From: Pseudomonadota bacterium
Lineage (GTDB): Bacteria; Pseudomonadota; Alphaproteobacteria; Rickettsiales; UBA1997
Assembly (NCBI GenBank): GCA_040384945.1
Contig: JAZKII010000004.1
Coordinates: 12,654 to 66,417, forward strand
Length of the DNA: 53,764 bases
Direction of reading: 5' to 3'
Below, one piece after another: positions 24,007 to 35,195 of this stretch. Position 1 is the stretch's first letter. Every line of letters starts with the position of its first letter. The notes under the pieces are model-generated. The model was not told the DNA's origin. It did no database searches and worked only from the letters and a program-made list of their open reading frames with translations. The translations under genes and the position numbers were made by a program.

Positions 24007-25387
24007 TGTCAGGACCGGTTTCTGCGCCTTCAAGAAGTGATTCAACTTCTTTCATGCCACGCTCAAAAACTCCAGATAGTTCACTCAGTATTTTTACATC
24101 TTCCAATAAAGGGCCGGATTTATGAATCATTAGTCCTGCAGCGGTTTTATGTTTTTGCAAATTGCTCAATGCATATTGAAAGCCTCTGATTTGTTTACCT
24201 TCTGCCTTCAGAGTATCAAATTTTCTTCCTGTAAAATTTCCTAATTTATAAGAAGTGTCATCTATACCTTTTCCCCAAGCTCTTTCAATGGAAGCTCGTC
24301 TTATGATACAGGGTACGCAATTACCGCAGTGATATATTTTTCCTCCACCATGATACTGATTAACAGAGGCTGGATGAGCGCAAGAAACTGACATTTTTGT
24401 AACAGATTTTAATAAAGTTTGATCTTTACATTCCTCCACCATTTCGCCTTTAGTTTTATTCCAATATGGATTCACGACATTGCCGTTAATTCCTATAGTT
24501 TTTAACAATTCATTCCAACGATGAATATAATATGGGTGAGTAGTTCTTGTGCTGAGTGACCCTAGTCGAGTTGGATCCAATGGAACATTTAGCGCAATTA
24601 ATCCATTTTCTGGTACTCTTAAATCAAACGATTTTTCTAAGCCAGTTCCGGCGAAAGCAGCGATAGCAAAAAAGAGAAAAGATCGTCCTCGCGTAGAATT
24701 CTCTGTTTTTATATTGGGAGCAAAGTCACGAGGAAATCGCGCTGATACAAAGCGCAGTCTATTAATAATGCATTTTTTAGATTCGTAATGCTTGGCTATT
24801 TTACTAAAAAGATCTCCTTGCGTACCACTAACTGCTGCATCTCCGGCGTGACTAATAAAAAGCGGAACAGTCTTGGAATCTAAAAGGTCTATCGCTCCAA
24901 TTAAACTATCCAGTCCACCAGAGAATAGAGATACTCCTTGATAGTCAGCTCTTTCAACCGTTCCTTTCTCTATTAGTTTTTGAAATTCTTCTGGTCTTGA
25001 AACAAATTCAATTTCCCAAAAATCACCCGTTAAGAAATTAAGCATTTTTCTTAAATTTTCTTTTAGGTCAGATGTAGACCACAAATTTATATCAGAAACT
25101 GGGACAACAATCTTGATTTCTCGGCTCCATGAATTTTGAGAAGTTTGTATTCGGTTTAGGCGTGTATCAGCGGCTTGCACCATGAGCGCCAATACTAACA
25201 AATCTAGCCCAACCTCTGAAGGATATATACCTAGCTTTGAAAGATCCCTAATGGCGTGTCTTATCCCAAACCGTAGGGATTTTTTACCCTCCAATAAATC
25301 TATGGTTTTTAAAACTTCGTTTGAATTGGGTTCGTAGAATGATTTGTGGCTTGGGCCAAAATCGGCTGCTAAAACATACTTTGTCAT
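23999..25387 (-). CDS. qatC: Qat system QueC-like protein QatC
   Basis: SLFSGGLDS, ENSTRGRSFLF, VPENG, STRTTHP, TKGEM, SCAHP..HCGNCVPCIIRR. Confidence 0.95.
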   Translation of the reverse strand: MTKYVLAADFGPSHKSFYEPNSNEVLKTIDLLEGKKSLRFGIRHAIRDLSKLGIYPSEVGLDLLVLALMVQAADTRLNRIQTSQNSWSREIKIVVPVSDINLWSTSDLKENLRKMLNFLTGDFWEIEFVSRPEEFQKLIEKGTVERADYQGVSLFSGGLDSLIGAIDLLDSKTVPLFISHAGDAAVSGTQGDLFSKIAKHYESKKCIINRLRFVSARFPRDFAPNIKTENSTRGRSFLFFAIAAFAGTGLEKSFDLRVPENGLIALNVPLDPTRLGSLSTRTTHPYYIHRWNELLKTIGINGNVVNPYWNKTKGEMVEECKDQTLLKSVTKMSVSCAHPASVNQYHGGGKIYHCGNCVPCIIRRASIERAWGKGIDDTSYKLGNFTGRKFDTLKAEGKQIRGFQYALSNLQKHKTAAGLMIHKSGPLLEDVKILSELSGVFERGMKEVESLLEGAETGPDNG

Positions 25388-26250
25388 TTATTCTCCTCTT
25401 GTTCTTTTAACCCTTGAAGGACGGCAAATGAGCGTTCATAAAGTTTATCAATATTTTGCTTTGTAAAAACTCCATTAGCTTTAACGACTTCATCAGAAAC
25501 AATGCCGCGTACAAAATCTTTTAATTGAGACTCCATTTTGAAAACAGCTTCGGTATCATCGGGCAGTAAGATAATTTTTGTAGCTACATCATTCATAATT
25601 CGGTTCATGATCGTATTTGAAACAAAAAGTTCCATTATGATTGAAATGGTTTCAGCGGTTGGTTTATCTAGATCTAAATTTTCCATCTCCATAATTTCAA
25701 CCACTGCATCAATATAGGCATCTCTTGCGTAAGACTCGTCTAAATCTCCTCCAGGTTCACAAATTTTATCAACTAAGGCAGCATATATTTCAGCAGTAGA
25801 TCGATTGGCAAGATCGTGAAAGTTTAAATTTTTAATAACCTCTCTAATGCCAATTTGACCTGCACTAGCTAGAATGCTACCCAATCTAGCACCGGCAGAT
25901 CGCTCAGAAGACATGCGCTTTGCAGCATTTCTTGATCCACCAGCAGTTTTACTGACATACGAAGAAATTGCTTTTCTTAAGCTGGGAACATCCAAATTAC
26001 CAGATTTTACAAGAGAGGTGAAGCTACGTCGCGAACCATTAAAACGATTCTCAACTGGAACTGTAGGAATGGTAAGAATGTCCGCTGGAACATTAACAGT
26101 TGGTATTGTAGATTGAGCATCATCTGAATCAGGAGGGCTTTGAATATCGCTGGGAATGGATGGTTTTAAATTATCTGGTTCAGCTGACAACCATGTTGGA
26201 ATTAATGGATTTGTATTTTTCCCTCCCCCGAAACCAGTTGATGTGCCCAC
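25384..26250 (-). CDS. qatB: Qat system protein QatB
   Basis: MGTSTGFGG..PLIPTW N-terminus; lies between qatA and qatC. Confidence 0.9.
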   Translation of the reverse strand: MGTSTGFGGGKNTNPLIPTWLSAEPDNLKPSIPSDIQSPPDSDDAQSTIPTVNVPADILTIPTVPVENRFNGSRRSFTSLVKSGNLDVPSLRKAISSYVSKTAGGSRNAAKRMSSERSAGARLGSILASAGQIGIREVIKNLNFHDLANRSTAEIYAALVDKICEPGGDLDESYARDAYIDAVVEIMEMENLDLDKPTAETISIIMELFVSNTIMNRIMNDVATKIILLPDDTEAVFKMESQLKDFVRGIVSDEVVKANGVFTKQNIDKLYERSFAVLQGLKEQEENK

Positions 26251-26253
26251 GAG

Positions 26254-28194
26254 TTACTCCTTGTTTGTAGTTATTTGAAAAGCAGATTTAAGGCCCGCAG
26301 TACCTTTGAGTCTAAATTTATTCATTATGGTCTCCAAACGTGTTTTGGCTGACGAATCAGTAACTATTGCGTCATGTCCACTTGCTGCCCATGGGCCAAG
26401 TTTATTAACTGGTAAATTATCCAGAAGATCAAGGTACCGTGTCTGCAATCCTGATTGAGATTTAACTAATTCGTTAATTCCAAACATTACCGGCGGTTTA
26501 GTTTCGAATGATGTGCAAGAGTTTAACTTGCGCTGAAGTTCTTTGAAAATCAGATCTGCGTCAGCAATAGTTAAGGCCTTTAAATCTTTAGAACACTGAC
26601 TAGAATTTGCCTTTCCACCTACTAATTTTGTTACTAGTTCTATAAGCTTCGGGGATAAGTGCGACGAAACATCAAGATAATTTTTGCGATCTTTTATCAC
26701 AAATAAATATGGCTTCAGTGAGGTTAAATTAAATTTAGGTTCGATTTCAATCCACTTTAGAACTTCAGGGCGCGTTTCCCAATCTTTTACTACCGAGTTT
26801 TCTTCGGGTGCCGTGGCTTCTTCATTAGCTTTTTTGTCTGTCGGATTCTTTTTCGCTTTAGATTGATTTTCTAAGATATTGATTTCTCTGCAAACTCCAT
26901 CTCCAGCGTTCGCTGCAGATCTAGCCATATGCTCAAATACTCCCGCATCTAAAAACATTTCAGCAAGCATTAGTTTTGCTAAATATGGTGACTTTATTTC
27001 ATCGCCAAAGCCACGCTCTCTGGCAACTTGTAGTCGTAGGTTTAGTGCGTTTAAAAATCTTTTTATCTGTCTAGGATTACCTTTGGTTCCTGATGATAGT
27101 ATAGGAGCAATTTGATCTGAAATCGACAGTGATGGCAATACTTGATCGAACTTTTCTCCCAGAATATTTTTTACATCCTGACGATCAATACCGTCACCGC
27201 TCCATGGTTTTTTGAGAGCCTTTCTTCCGAGCTCTAACAATTTTCCAAACTCTTCTGAGTCCTCACCTAATTCTGCACCCATTAAAAGAAGTTCTACATA
27301 TATGCTTGTTTCAGTTTCTCCAAGAGCAGGAATTCTCATCGGAACCTGTATTAATTTCTCAAGATAATTTCGCGCGTAGCCGATGGCATTAGTTGATTCA
27401 GGCAAATCTGGAAAGTGGTGCTTTACGGAATATTCAATCATGGCCTCATCCGCGCCTATGACGAATGCAGTTTTTGGCAAAGAAACAAAAAGACGGATTG
27501 CTTCCAGAGTTTCCACAGCAGTTTGAGGAAGGCATCGATCAAGATCATCGATTAAAACAACTAAACGATCAATTTTAGCTTTCTTTAAAAGGGCATCAAA
27601 AGCCTTTTTAAATTCATTTATTTCTTTCGGTATGTTGTGATTTTCAGATTTATCTTTGAGTAAAGATGATGTAGCTGATGCCACAGCTTTAATGTTATCT
27701 TCAGTTGCGAGCTCGGATGGATTTCCCAATTGACTTTTTGCAGCACTCAATAAATCACCAATCTGGTCAAGAGTTGGAATTCCGGTAAATGCTGTAAATG
27801 CTAATCCACCGGCTTTTTTAGCTACTTTCAGCCAGTCAATTTGATGAAAAAGATTTTTTACTTCTTCTGAAGCTATTGTCATTAAAGAACGTTTAGCTAT
27901 CAGCTCCGTTACTATGCTTTCTATAACAGCAATTTTTGCATCTTCAAATCCCTGAAATTGCCAGCCATTAAATTTTATACAAAGAATTTCTTTTTCTGCA
28001 GATAAACCTTCCTCTATCATCTCGAGAACACTTGATTTTCCAGCACCCCAATCTCCGTGAACTCCAATAGTTATCGGTTTACCTTGTGTCTTTTTAATGA
28101 CACTAACTACCGAGCGCGCCATGGCTTCGTTGTTAAGAAAATCAACTTTTGTTTCTTGATCGAATAAGAAGCCGCTAGGCCCGATAATAGTCAT
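26254..28194 (-). CDS. qatA: Qat system KAP-family P-loop NTPase QatA
   Basis: GDWGAGKSS, FNGWQFQGFEDAK, VLIDDLDRCLP, YLEKLIQVP, GNPRQIKRFLN. Confidence 0.95.
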   Translation of the reverse strand: MTIIGPSGFLFDQETKVDFLNNEAMARSVVSVIKKTQGKPITIGVHGDWGAGKSSVLEMIEEGLSAEKEILCIKFNGWQFQGFEDAKIAVIESIVTELIAKRSLMTIASEEVKNLFHQIDWLKVAKKAGGLAFTAFTGIPTLDQIGDLLSAAKSQLGNPSELATEDNIKAVASATSSLLKDKSENHNIPKEINEFKKAFDALLKKAKIDRLVVLIDDLDRCLPQTAVETLEAIRLFVSLPKTAFVIGADEAMIEYSVKHHFPDLPESTNAIGYARNYLEKLIQVPMRIPALGETETSIYVELLLMGAELGEDSEEFGKLLELGRKALKKPWSGDGIDRQDVKNILGEKFDQVLPSLSISDQIAPILSSGTKGNPRQIKRFLNALNLRLQVARERGFGDEIKSPYLAKLMLAEMFLDAGVFEHMARSAANAGDGVCREINILENQSKAKKNPTDKKANEEATAPEENSVVKDWETRPEVLKWIEIEPKFNLTSLKPYLFVIKDRKNYLDVSSHLSPKLIELVTKLVGGKANSSQCSKDLKALTIADADLIFKELQRKLNSCTSFETKPPVMFGINELVKSQSGLQTRYLDLLDNLPVNKLGPWAASGHDAIVTDSSAKTRLETIMNKFRLKGTAGLKSAFQITTNKE

Positions 28195-29072
28195 ATTGCT
28201 TGGATAAAAAAATAATTACTCAAGTGGTTACACATAATAATTAGGCCTGTAGATTTCAATGTCTGGAAGCAAATAAAGACTCAAAAATATCTACTATTTT
28301 TTTACACGAAATCAGGCTGATAAAAAATCTGGATATTAATTTCCTGAATCAAAAGCGAAGAGCTTTGTGTATACTGCTTTGATGTAAAATTTACAAAGAA
28401 AAATGATGTTGCAATCCTGCAGAGAGCTTCTTTGTTAAAAGGGACGCTTCTGATAGAAAATCTTTTTAAGATTAGTAAGAGTTTGTCCTTTAAGTGGTCT
28501 TAAGTTTATGCTGTAGAATCTCACAGCGAAGCTGCTGAAAATTTATGCACACCCAACGCACCTATTCGGTGCAAGCTGTCTAACTCAAGTGGATGTAGTG
28601 TTTTCTAAGGTCAAACGCGGTAAGATTTTGTATACCGCTTAATTTTTCGTAAAAGTTTTTGTTGGTCTGACTTTGTTTATACGACTTCTCAAATGCCCGT
28701 AAATACTGAGTTGAGAGCGGCAGCCAATCGGCTGCCAGTGGTGCTAAATCTGTGATAAATTTGACAGGTGTCTTACGATTGAGCCAAAATTTTAATCACA
28801 AATTTGCCTTCGTCTTACTGGGTTAGCTGCTTTAAATAAATTCCGCCAAAGTCCAAATAAGCACTTTTGCCACATTAAGAATTCTAATTTTTAGATCGCT
28901 TTTCCTCCCAAGTCCTTTTTGAGACAGCTTTAAAATTTTCCAGATCCGCTTCTTGCCTTTTGGCCTTCTTTCAATTATTTTCTCATCGAGAATTTTGCGG
29001 ATAGAAAAGTCTTCAATCCCGCTTCAAACTAAAATTAAAGATTTTGTGATCACTGACAATAGCAGCGATATT

Positions 29073-29270
29073 ATGACAGTCAGAGAGGTAGCCGACTATT
29101 TAAAAATAGCGGAAAAAACTGCCTATCGCCTTGTCTTAGATAAAAAAATTCCAGGCTTTAAAGTGGGTAATGCTTGGCGTTTTCGTAAAAAAGAAATTGA
29201 AGATTGGATTGTGAATCAAACTAAAGGTAGTGCCTCTATAAAAAGTGGAGGCCCATTGGATGCTAATTGA
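29073..29270 (+). CDS. Excisionase-type HTH regulator leading the RM operon
   Basis: MTVREVADYLKIAEKTAYRL..IPGFKVGNAWRF; start ATG 29073 or GTG 29046. Confidence 0.85.
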   Translation: MTVREVADYLKIAEKTAYRLVLDKKIPGFKVGNAWRFRKKEIEDWIVNQTKGSASIKSGGPLDAN

Positions 29271-32200
29271 TAATAAGGGGAATGGAAAAGTTGTTACCGA
29301 GTTAAAGAAGAAAATTACCTCAAATTCAAAGCTTTCAATCCTTTCAGGGTTGTTTTCAATTTATGGATTTTCTTGTCTTAAAAATGAATTGAGTCAGATC
29401 CAAGAAGTTAGAATGATGCTTTCAAGATTTGATGATAAATCAATACCACTTCTATCCGGAAACATTTCTGAATTAAGGCTAAAAAATCAACTCGATCAAC
29501 AGAGGATAGCAAAAGACTGCATAAAGTGGCTGAGTTCTAACATATCAATTAAGGCCCTTAATAAAAATCTAGTTAATCAAAACTTATTCCATCTTCAAAA
29601 ATCCGACGGCGAATCTTTTGCCATTCATGGAAGTTCAAATTTTACTGCTTCAGGCCTTGGAGAAACCAAGTCTGAAAAATATGAGATGAATACTGGTTTT
29701 TCTGATGCAGAGGCAACCAAACAACTACTAAATTGGTTTAATGAAATTTGGGAAGATCACCAAGCTGTAAGGGATATTAAACAAGAAATTTTAACCGCTC
29801 TTGAGTTTATTGGCTCTAATAAACCGGCCAATTTAGTTTATTTTATAACCCTCTTTAATATCTTTCAGGACTATTTAGAGGAGATTGATGAAGACAGTAT
29901 CATTAGATCTAAAACAGGTTTTAAGAATACCTTGGTTTGGAATAAACTTTATAAATTTCAGAAAGATGGAGCTCTTGGTGCAATAGACAAGTTGGAAAGA
30001 TATAACGGATGTATTATCGCAGATAGTGTGGGTCTTGGCAAGACCTTTGAAGCCTTAGCAGTGATAAAATATTATGAGCTAAGAAATGACAGAGTTCTTG
30101 TTTTATGTCCAAAAAAACTAAGAGAAAATTGGACGATTTTTACTGTAAACGATAAGCGCAACCTTCTTGCAGCAGATCGTTTTAACTACGATGTTCTTAA
30201 TCACACTGACTTAAGCCGAGAAAAAGGAAGCTCAGGTGAGATAAATTTAGCTACCATAAATTGGGGAAATTACGACTTAGTTGTAATTGATGAATCTCAC
30301 AATTTTAGAAATTCTGGCAACAAAGCTGATGGAGTTACTCGCTATAAAAGAATGATGCAGCAAGTCATTCAATCGGGAGTTAAAACGAAAGTTTTAATGC
30401 TTTCCGCGACACCGGTTAATAGTAGAATGAACGACCTCAAGAATCAGGTCGCATTTATCACTGAAGGTCAAGATAGCGCTCTTGCAGATCATGGAATTCA
30501 AAGTATTGAAAACACTTTAAGAATTGCTCAAACTAAATTTAACCAATGGCTTAAGCTTCCAGATAGTCAAAGAAAGACAGATGCTTTATTAGAAGGATTG
30601 AATTTTGATTACTTCAAGCTGCTTGATATTTTTACTATCGCAAGATCAAGAAAACACATTGAGAAATATTATAATGTAGCAGAAATCGGAAAATTTCCTG
30701 AAAGATTGAAGCCGCTAAATATCAAGTCAGATATAGACCTTGATAAAAATTTTCCACCGCTAAAAGAAGTAAACACTAAGATAAAAAAGCTTAACTTGGC
30801 AGCTTATGCCCCAATGAAATATGTTAGGCTTAATAAGAGAGAAGAATATAGTCGTAAATACGACCAACAAGTTAAAGAAGGATCAGTATTTAAGCAGGTT
30901 GATAGAGAGTTAAGCCTTATTCATTTGATGCGCATTAATATGCTCAAAAGAATGGAGAGTTCAATAAACTCATTCTCGCTGACTGTTGAGAAAGTTTTGA
31001 ACCAGATTGGTAGCCTAATTAAAAGAATTGAAGACCACAAAGGCTCTGAATTTGAAGAATTAAGCATTGAGGAAATTGAAACCGATTCTCCTGAATTTGA
31101 GCAACTTTTAATTGGCAAAAAGGTAAAAGTTTTAATCCAAGACATCGATCTACTTCATTGGAAACAAGATCTGGAAGAGGATAGAGAAATTCTACAATTG
31201 TTACTTGATGAGGCGAAAGCCATTGATGAATCAAGAGATGCCAAATTATTAGAGCTCAAGAAGGCCATAATCAATAAATCCCAAAATCCAATTAATGACG
31301 GTAATAGCAAAATCATAATTTTTACCGCTTTCGCTGATACGGCAAATTACCTTTATAGAAATCTATCCAATTGGGCTTTGTCTGAATTAAATTTACATTC
31401 AGCATTAGTCACGGGCTCTGGCGCCAATCAATGCACAATCAAAGGTTTGGATAAAGACCTAAATAATATCCTGACTCACTTTTCCCCAATTTCAAAAGAA
31501 CGAGTAAAAATTGATCCAGATGCAGCAACTCAAATAGATATTCTCATCGCCACCGACTGCATTTCTGAGGGACAAAACCTACAAGATTGTGACACTCTGG
31601 TTAATTACGACATTCACTGGAATCCAGTTCGCATCATTCAAAGATTTGGTCGAGTTGATCGATTGGGATCAAAGAATAAGGCAATTCAGCTAATAAATTT
31701 CTGGCCGAATATGGAGCTAGATGAATATATCAATCTTGAAGCCAGAGTTAGTGGTAGAATGGTTCTTTTAGATATTTCAGCCACTGGCGAAGAAAATGTT
31801 ATCGAGTATGACGAAAAGAAGCAGATGAACGATTTAGAATATCGTCGTCGTCAAATGCAGCAGCTTCAAGATTCAGTTGTAGATATTGAAGACATGGATG
31901 GCAGCGTTTCAATAACTGACATGACGCTCAACGATTTTAGAATGGATCTGTCGGGATTCATGAAAGAAAATCTTCCTCTTCTTAAAAAATCTTCCTCGGG
32001 ATTTTATGCTGTTGTGAGAGGTTTTGACGAAGAAATTAAATCCGGAGCAATCTTCTGTTTGAAAGATGTAAGCGGCAAAGTTCAGAAAGATCCGCACTAT
32101 GCTTTAGCCCCTTATTACATGGCTTATGTTGCCGATGATGGCAATATTATTTTCAATTACATTCAGGGCAAAAAGAGTTTAGATATTCTTAAAAAACTCT

Positions 32201-32454
32201 GCTCTCACAATAAAGAAATTGATCTTTTAGCGGTTCAGAATTTTGAAAAGATCACGAATTATGGCAAAGACATGGGTCATTGCCAATTCATGCTTGAGAA
32301 AGCCATTTCTAGCATAATTGGTAAATCAGAAGAAAAGGGTGTTGAAAGCCTATTTACAAGAGGTGGTACTGCAATTCTTCAAGATAATTTTAGGGGCATG
32401 GAAGATTTTGAAGTGATCAGCTTTTTGGTAATTGCTAAGGAGGAATCCGAATGA
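29260..32454 (+). CDS. SNF2-family helicase with a PLD-like N-terminal domain
   Basis: GSSNFTASG..EMN (PLD-like), ADSVGLGKT, DESHNFRN, LSATP, SEGQNLQ, WNPVRIIQRFGRVDR; GGAGG before ATG 29260. Confidence 0.9.
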   Translation: MLIDNKGNGKVVTELKKKITSNSKLSILSGLFSIYGFSCLKNELSQIQEVRMMLSRFDDKSIPLLSGNISELRLKNQLDQQRIAKDCIKWLSSNISIKALNKNLVNQNLFHLQKSDGESFAIHGSSNFTASGLGETKSEKYEMNTGFSDAEATKQLLNWFNEIWEDHQAVRDIKQEILTALEFIGSNKPANLVYFITLFNIFQDYLEEIDEDSIIRSKTGFKNTLVWNKLYKFQKDGALGAIDKLERYNGCIIADSVGLGKTFEALAVIKYYELRNDRVLVLCPKKLRENWTIFTVNDKRNLLAADRFNYDVLNHTDLSREKGSSGEINLATINWGNYDLVVIDESHNFRNSGNKADGVTRYKRMMQQVIQSGVKTKVLMLSATPVNSRMNDLKNQVAFITEGQDSALADHGIQSIENTLRIAQTKFNQWLKLPDSQRKTDALLEGLNFDYFKLLDIFTIARSRKHIEKYYNVAEIGKFPERLKPLNIKSDIDLDKNFPPLKEVNTKIKKLNLAAYAPMKYVRLNKREEYSRKYDQQVKEGSVFKQVDRELSLIHLMRINMLKRMESSINSFSLTVEKVLNQIGSLIKRIEDHKGSEFEELSIEEIETDSPEFEQLLIGKKVKVLIQDIDLLHWKQDLEEDREILQLLLDEAKAIDESRDAKLLELKKAIINKSQNPINDGNSKIIIFTAFADTANYLYRNLSNWALSELNLHSALVTGSGANQCTIKGLDKDLNNILTHFSPISKERVKIDPDAATQIDILIATDCISEGQNLQDCDTLVNYDIHWNPVRIIQRFGRVDRLGSKNKAIQLINFWPNMELDEYINLEARVSGRMVLLDISATGEENVIEYDEKKQMNDLEYRRRQMQQLQDSVVDIEDMDGSVSITDMTLNDFRMDLSGFMKENLPLLKKSSSGFYAVVRGFDEEIKSGAIFCLKDVSGKVQKDPHYALAPYYMAYVADDGNIIFNYIQGKKSLDILKKLCSHNKEIDLLAVQNFEKITNYGKDMGHCQFMLEKAISSIIGKSEEKGVESLFTRGGTAILQDNFRGMEDFEVISFLVIAKEESE

Positions 32455-33209
32455 TTCAGGTGATCCTTAACGCATTGGCAATTCCAACTTTCTGCAAATT
32501 AGAAAGGCCAGTTTTTAAAAAATTCTTTCTCGAGAGTAATAATCTTGATGCTTCCGACAAAAAGATAATTCGCGATGACGTTAAAAAGATAACTTGGCTT
32601 TATGCTCTAAAACCAAGCAATATCAACATTCCTAAATATGAAGATGGCGTTGTTGATTATTCAGAAATTGCAATTTTGCAGATAGATTTATTAAGCGAAA
32701 ATAAAGCCAAAAAACTTAACAACATTTTAAACAAAGCCATTCCCTATCCACTGGTTGCCTTGTTTGCGTTCGATGATAAATGCGCCATTGGTTTGGCAAA
32801 TAAAAGAATTAACCAAATCGACAAATCGAAATCATTGATTGAGAAAGAATGGTTAACTCGTTTTTTTGAAAAAGATAAGATGGGTGAAATTGAGCAAGAT
32901 TTCTTACAAGATTGTTCAATCAAAAATTTGTCATCACTCAATTTTTATAAGCTTTATCAAGATCTGGTTGCCAAAGTTGCCGCGCTTGGCTTGGCTGAGA
33001 AGACCGGAATTTATTTGGTGACTAATTTTTTAAAGTCAGAAGCAGGAATTAACTCTTTAAGAGAAATGCAGGAAATTGAGCAAAAAATTTTAAATTTAAG
33101 AAACTCTTTATCTAAAGAAACTCAGTTTAACAGAAAGCTAGAATTGAATGTAGAAATTAAAAATTGCCAAAGCGCAATCGACGAAATTTCAAAGAAATTT
33201 TATAAATAA
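32451..33209 (+). CDS. DUF4391-like protein
   Basis: AIPYP and KETQFNRKLELN motifs; usual position between SNF2 helicase and type III Mod. Confidence 0.8.
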   Translation: MIQVILNALAIPTFCKLERPVFKKFFLESNNLDASDKKIIRDDVKKITWLYALKPSNINIPKYEDGVVDYSEIAILQIDLLSENKAKKLNNILNKAIPYPLVALFAFDDKCAIGLANKRINQIDKSKSLIEKEWLTRFFEKDKMGEIEQDFLQDCSIKNLSSLNFYKLYQDLVAKVAALGLAEKTGIYLVTNFLKSEAGINSLREMQEIEQKILNLRNSLSKETQFNRKLELNVEIKNCQSAIDEISKKFYK

Positions 33210-33224
33210 ATCAAAAGCAAAACT

Positions 33225-35186
33225 ATGGAAAAGTTAGATATTAAAGACGCGCAAACCCTCAACATCATTGACGAAAACGTCAAACAACTAAAAGAAATTT
33301 TCCCCGAAGTTTTTCGTGAAGACAAAGTTGATTTTAATCGTTTGCAAGAATTGCTTGGCAATTATGTGAATGACTCGGAAGAGAATTATAACTTCACTTG
33401 GCATGGTAAGAGAAGAGCAGCAAGGCTTGCTCAAACTCCATCAACTGGAACTTTAAGACCTTGTAAAGAAGAAAGTGTCGACTTCGACAAAACTCAAAAT
33501 CTTTTTATCGAGGGTGATAATTTAGAAGTTCTAAAGCTGTTGCAGAAGTCTTATCACCGCAAAATCAAAATGATCTATATCGACCCGCCTTACAACACGG
33601 GCAATGATTTTGTTTATGAAGATGATTTTAAGGATCCAGTAAAGCATTACCTAGAACTAACCAAGCAGGTTGACTCTGAAGGAAAAAAGATTGGTACCAA
33701 TTCAAGCAGTGCGGGAAGATATCATACCAACTGGCTAAATATGATATATCCAAGGCTAAAGTTAGCGAGAAATCTATTAAAAGAAGATGGAGCAATTTTT
33801 ATCTCAATTGATGAGAACGAATTACACAATTTAAAGTTGCTATGTAATGATATATTTGGAGAGGAAAATTTTCTTGGTTGTATAGCTAACGTGAACAATC
33901 CAAAGGGTCGTTCAGATGATAACTACTTTGCAACTGCTCACGAATACCTAGTCGTGTATGCAAAGAATGCTAAAGAAACTAGGTTGTATGGATTTGAGCC
34001 AGAAGAAAATATTCTGCGTAGATATAATAAGCATGATGAAAATAACAAAAAGTATAGAGAGATAGACCTAAGAAAGACGGGAGATTCCGATAGAAGAGAG
34101 GATCGTCAGGATATGTTTTATTATTTCTACTTCAGTCAGCAAAATGAAACTCTAAGGGTTTCAAAATTCTCAGATATCCAAGACGGAGAGATTGAAATTA
34201 CTCCTTTAAGAGATGACGGATCGGAAGGGCGTTGGAGATGGGGATTTCGAAATGCACAAGATAATATCTCCTCTCTTATCGCGAAGTATATGCCAAACAG
34301 AAGAATATGGGGGATTTTTGAAAAGGATTATTTGGATGGTAGGCCTCCTGTTAAGCCAACTACTTCATGGACTTTTAAAGATGTTAATAGTGAGCGTGGG
34401 AGTGAGCAATTTATTGAGTTGGGTTTTGAGAAAGAGGTTTTTCAAAGACCTAAGCCAATTGGAACTCTCAAAAGAGTTCTAGAGATTGGTACGTTGCCTA
34501 TGGAAAAGTCTATTGTTTTGGATTTTTTTAGTGGTTCGGGAAGTTTTGTTCAAGCAGCATTGGAGCTTGAGTCTAAAGAGGTAAGGGACTTTTCTATAAT
34601 TGCTGTTCAACTACCTGAATGTATTAATTCATCGAATAAAGAACAAAGATTTGCCTATGAATTTTGTTCTAAAAACAATCTTGATACAAATATTGCCGAA
34701 ATAGCGAAAGAACGTATTCGCCGTGCTGCTAAGAAAATCAAAGAAGAAGAACCTGATTATCAAGGAGATCTGGGATTTAAGGTTTTCAAACTTGATAGCT
34801 CAAATATCAAATCTTGGGAAGCTGGTTTTGACAGCCTGCCAGAAGATTTATTCAACGCAGTTGATTACATCAAGCAAGATCGCTCAAAAGAAGATATTTT
34901 ATACGAGCTTTTGCTTAAATATGGCCTTGACTTAACCGTTCCAATTGAAACCAAAACCATTGCTTCAAAAACCATTTATTCAGTTGGTTTGGGAGCTTTG
35001 ATTGTTTGTTTAGAAAACGATATTTCTTCTGAAGTCGTGACAGGAATTGTTGAACTAAAAGAACAGCTAAAACCAGAAATTACCCGAGTGGTTTTCAAAG
35101 ATAGTGGCTTCAAAGACGATGTTGTCAAAACTAATGCCCTTCAAATTCTGAAGCGCGCTGGGATTGAAGATGTTAAAAGTTTGTAG
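33225..35186 (+). CDS. mod: Type III RM methyltransferase Mod
   Basis: IEGDNLEVLKLL, IYIDPPYNTG (motif IV), PKP, LDFFSGSG (motif I); beta-class order. Confidence 0.96.
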   Translation: MEKLDIKDAQTLNIIDENVKQLKEIFPEVFREDKVDFNRLQELLGNYVNDSEENYNFTWHGKRRAARLAQTPSTGTLRPCKEESVDFDKTQNLFIEGDNLEVLKLLQKSYHRKIKMIYIDPPYNTGNDFVYEDDFKDPVKHYLELTKQVDSEGKKIGTNSSSAGRYHTNWLNMIYPRLKLARNLLKEDGAIFISIDENELHNLKLLCNDIFGEENFLGCIANVNNPKGRSDDNYFATAHEYLVVYAKNAKETRLYGFEPEENILRRYNKHDENNKKYREIDLRKTGDSDRREDRQDMFYYFYFSQQNETLRVSKFSDIQDGEIEITPLRDDGSEGRWRWGFRNAQDNISSLIAKYMPNRRIWGIFEKDYLDGRPPVKPTTSWTFKDVNSERGSEQFIELGFEKEVFQRPKPIGTLKRVLEIGTLPMEKSIVLDFFSGSGSFVQAALELESKEVRDFSIIAVQLPECINSSNKEQRFAYEFCSKNNLDTNIAEIAKERIRRAAKKIKEEEPDYQGDLGFKVFKLDSSNIKSWEAGFDSLPEDLFNAVDYIKQDRSKEDILYELLLKYGLDLTVPIETKTIASKTIYSVGLGALIVCLENDISSEVVTGIVELKEQLKPEITRVVFKDSGFKDDVVKTNALQILKRAGIEDVKSL

Positions 35187-35195
35187 GGAGCAAAT

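Noticed and set aside
23254-28194. Four-gene ATPase/QueC/TatD cluster as a new system
   Set aside because: Matches the described QatABCD system in order and motifs
28953-29045. TTG-started N-terminal extension of the HTH gene
   Set aside because: HTH similarity begins near MTVREV; the upstream part is more likely promoter/leader
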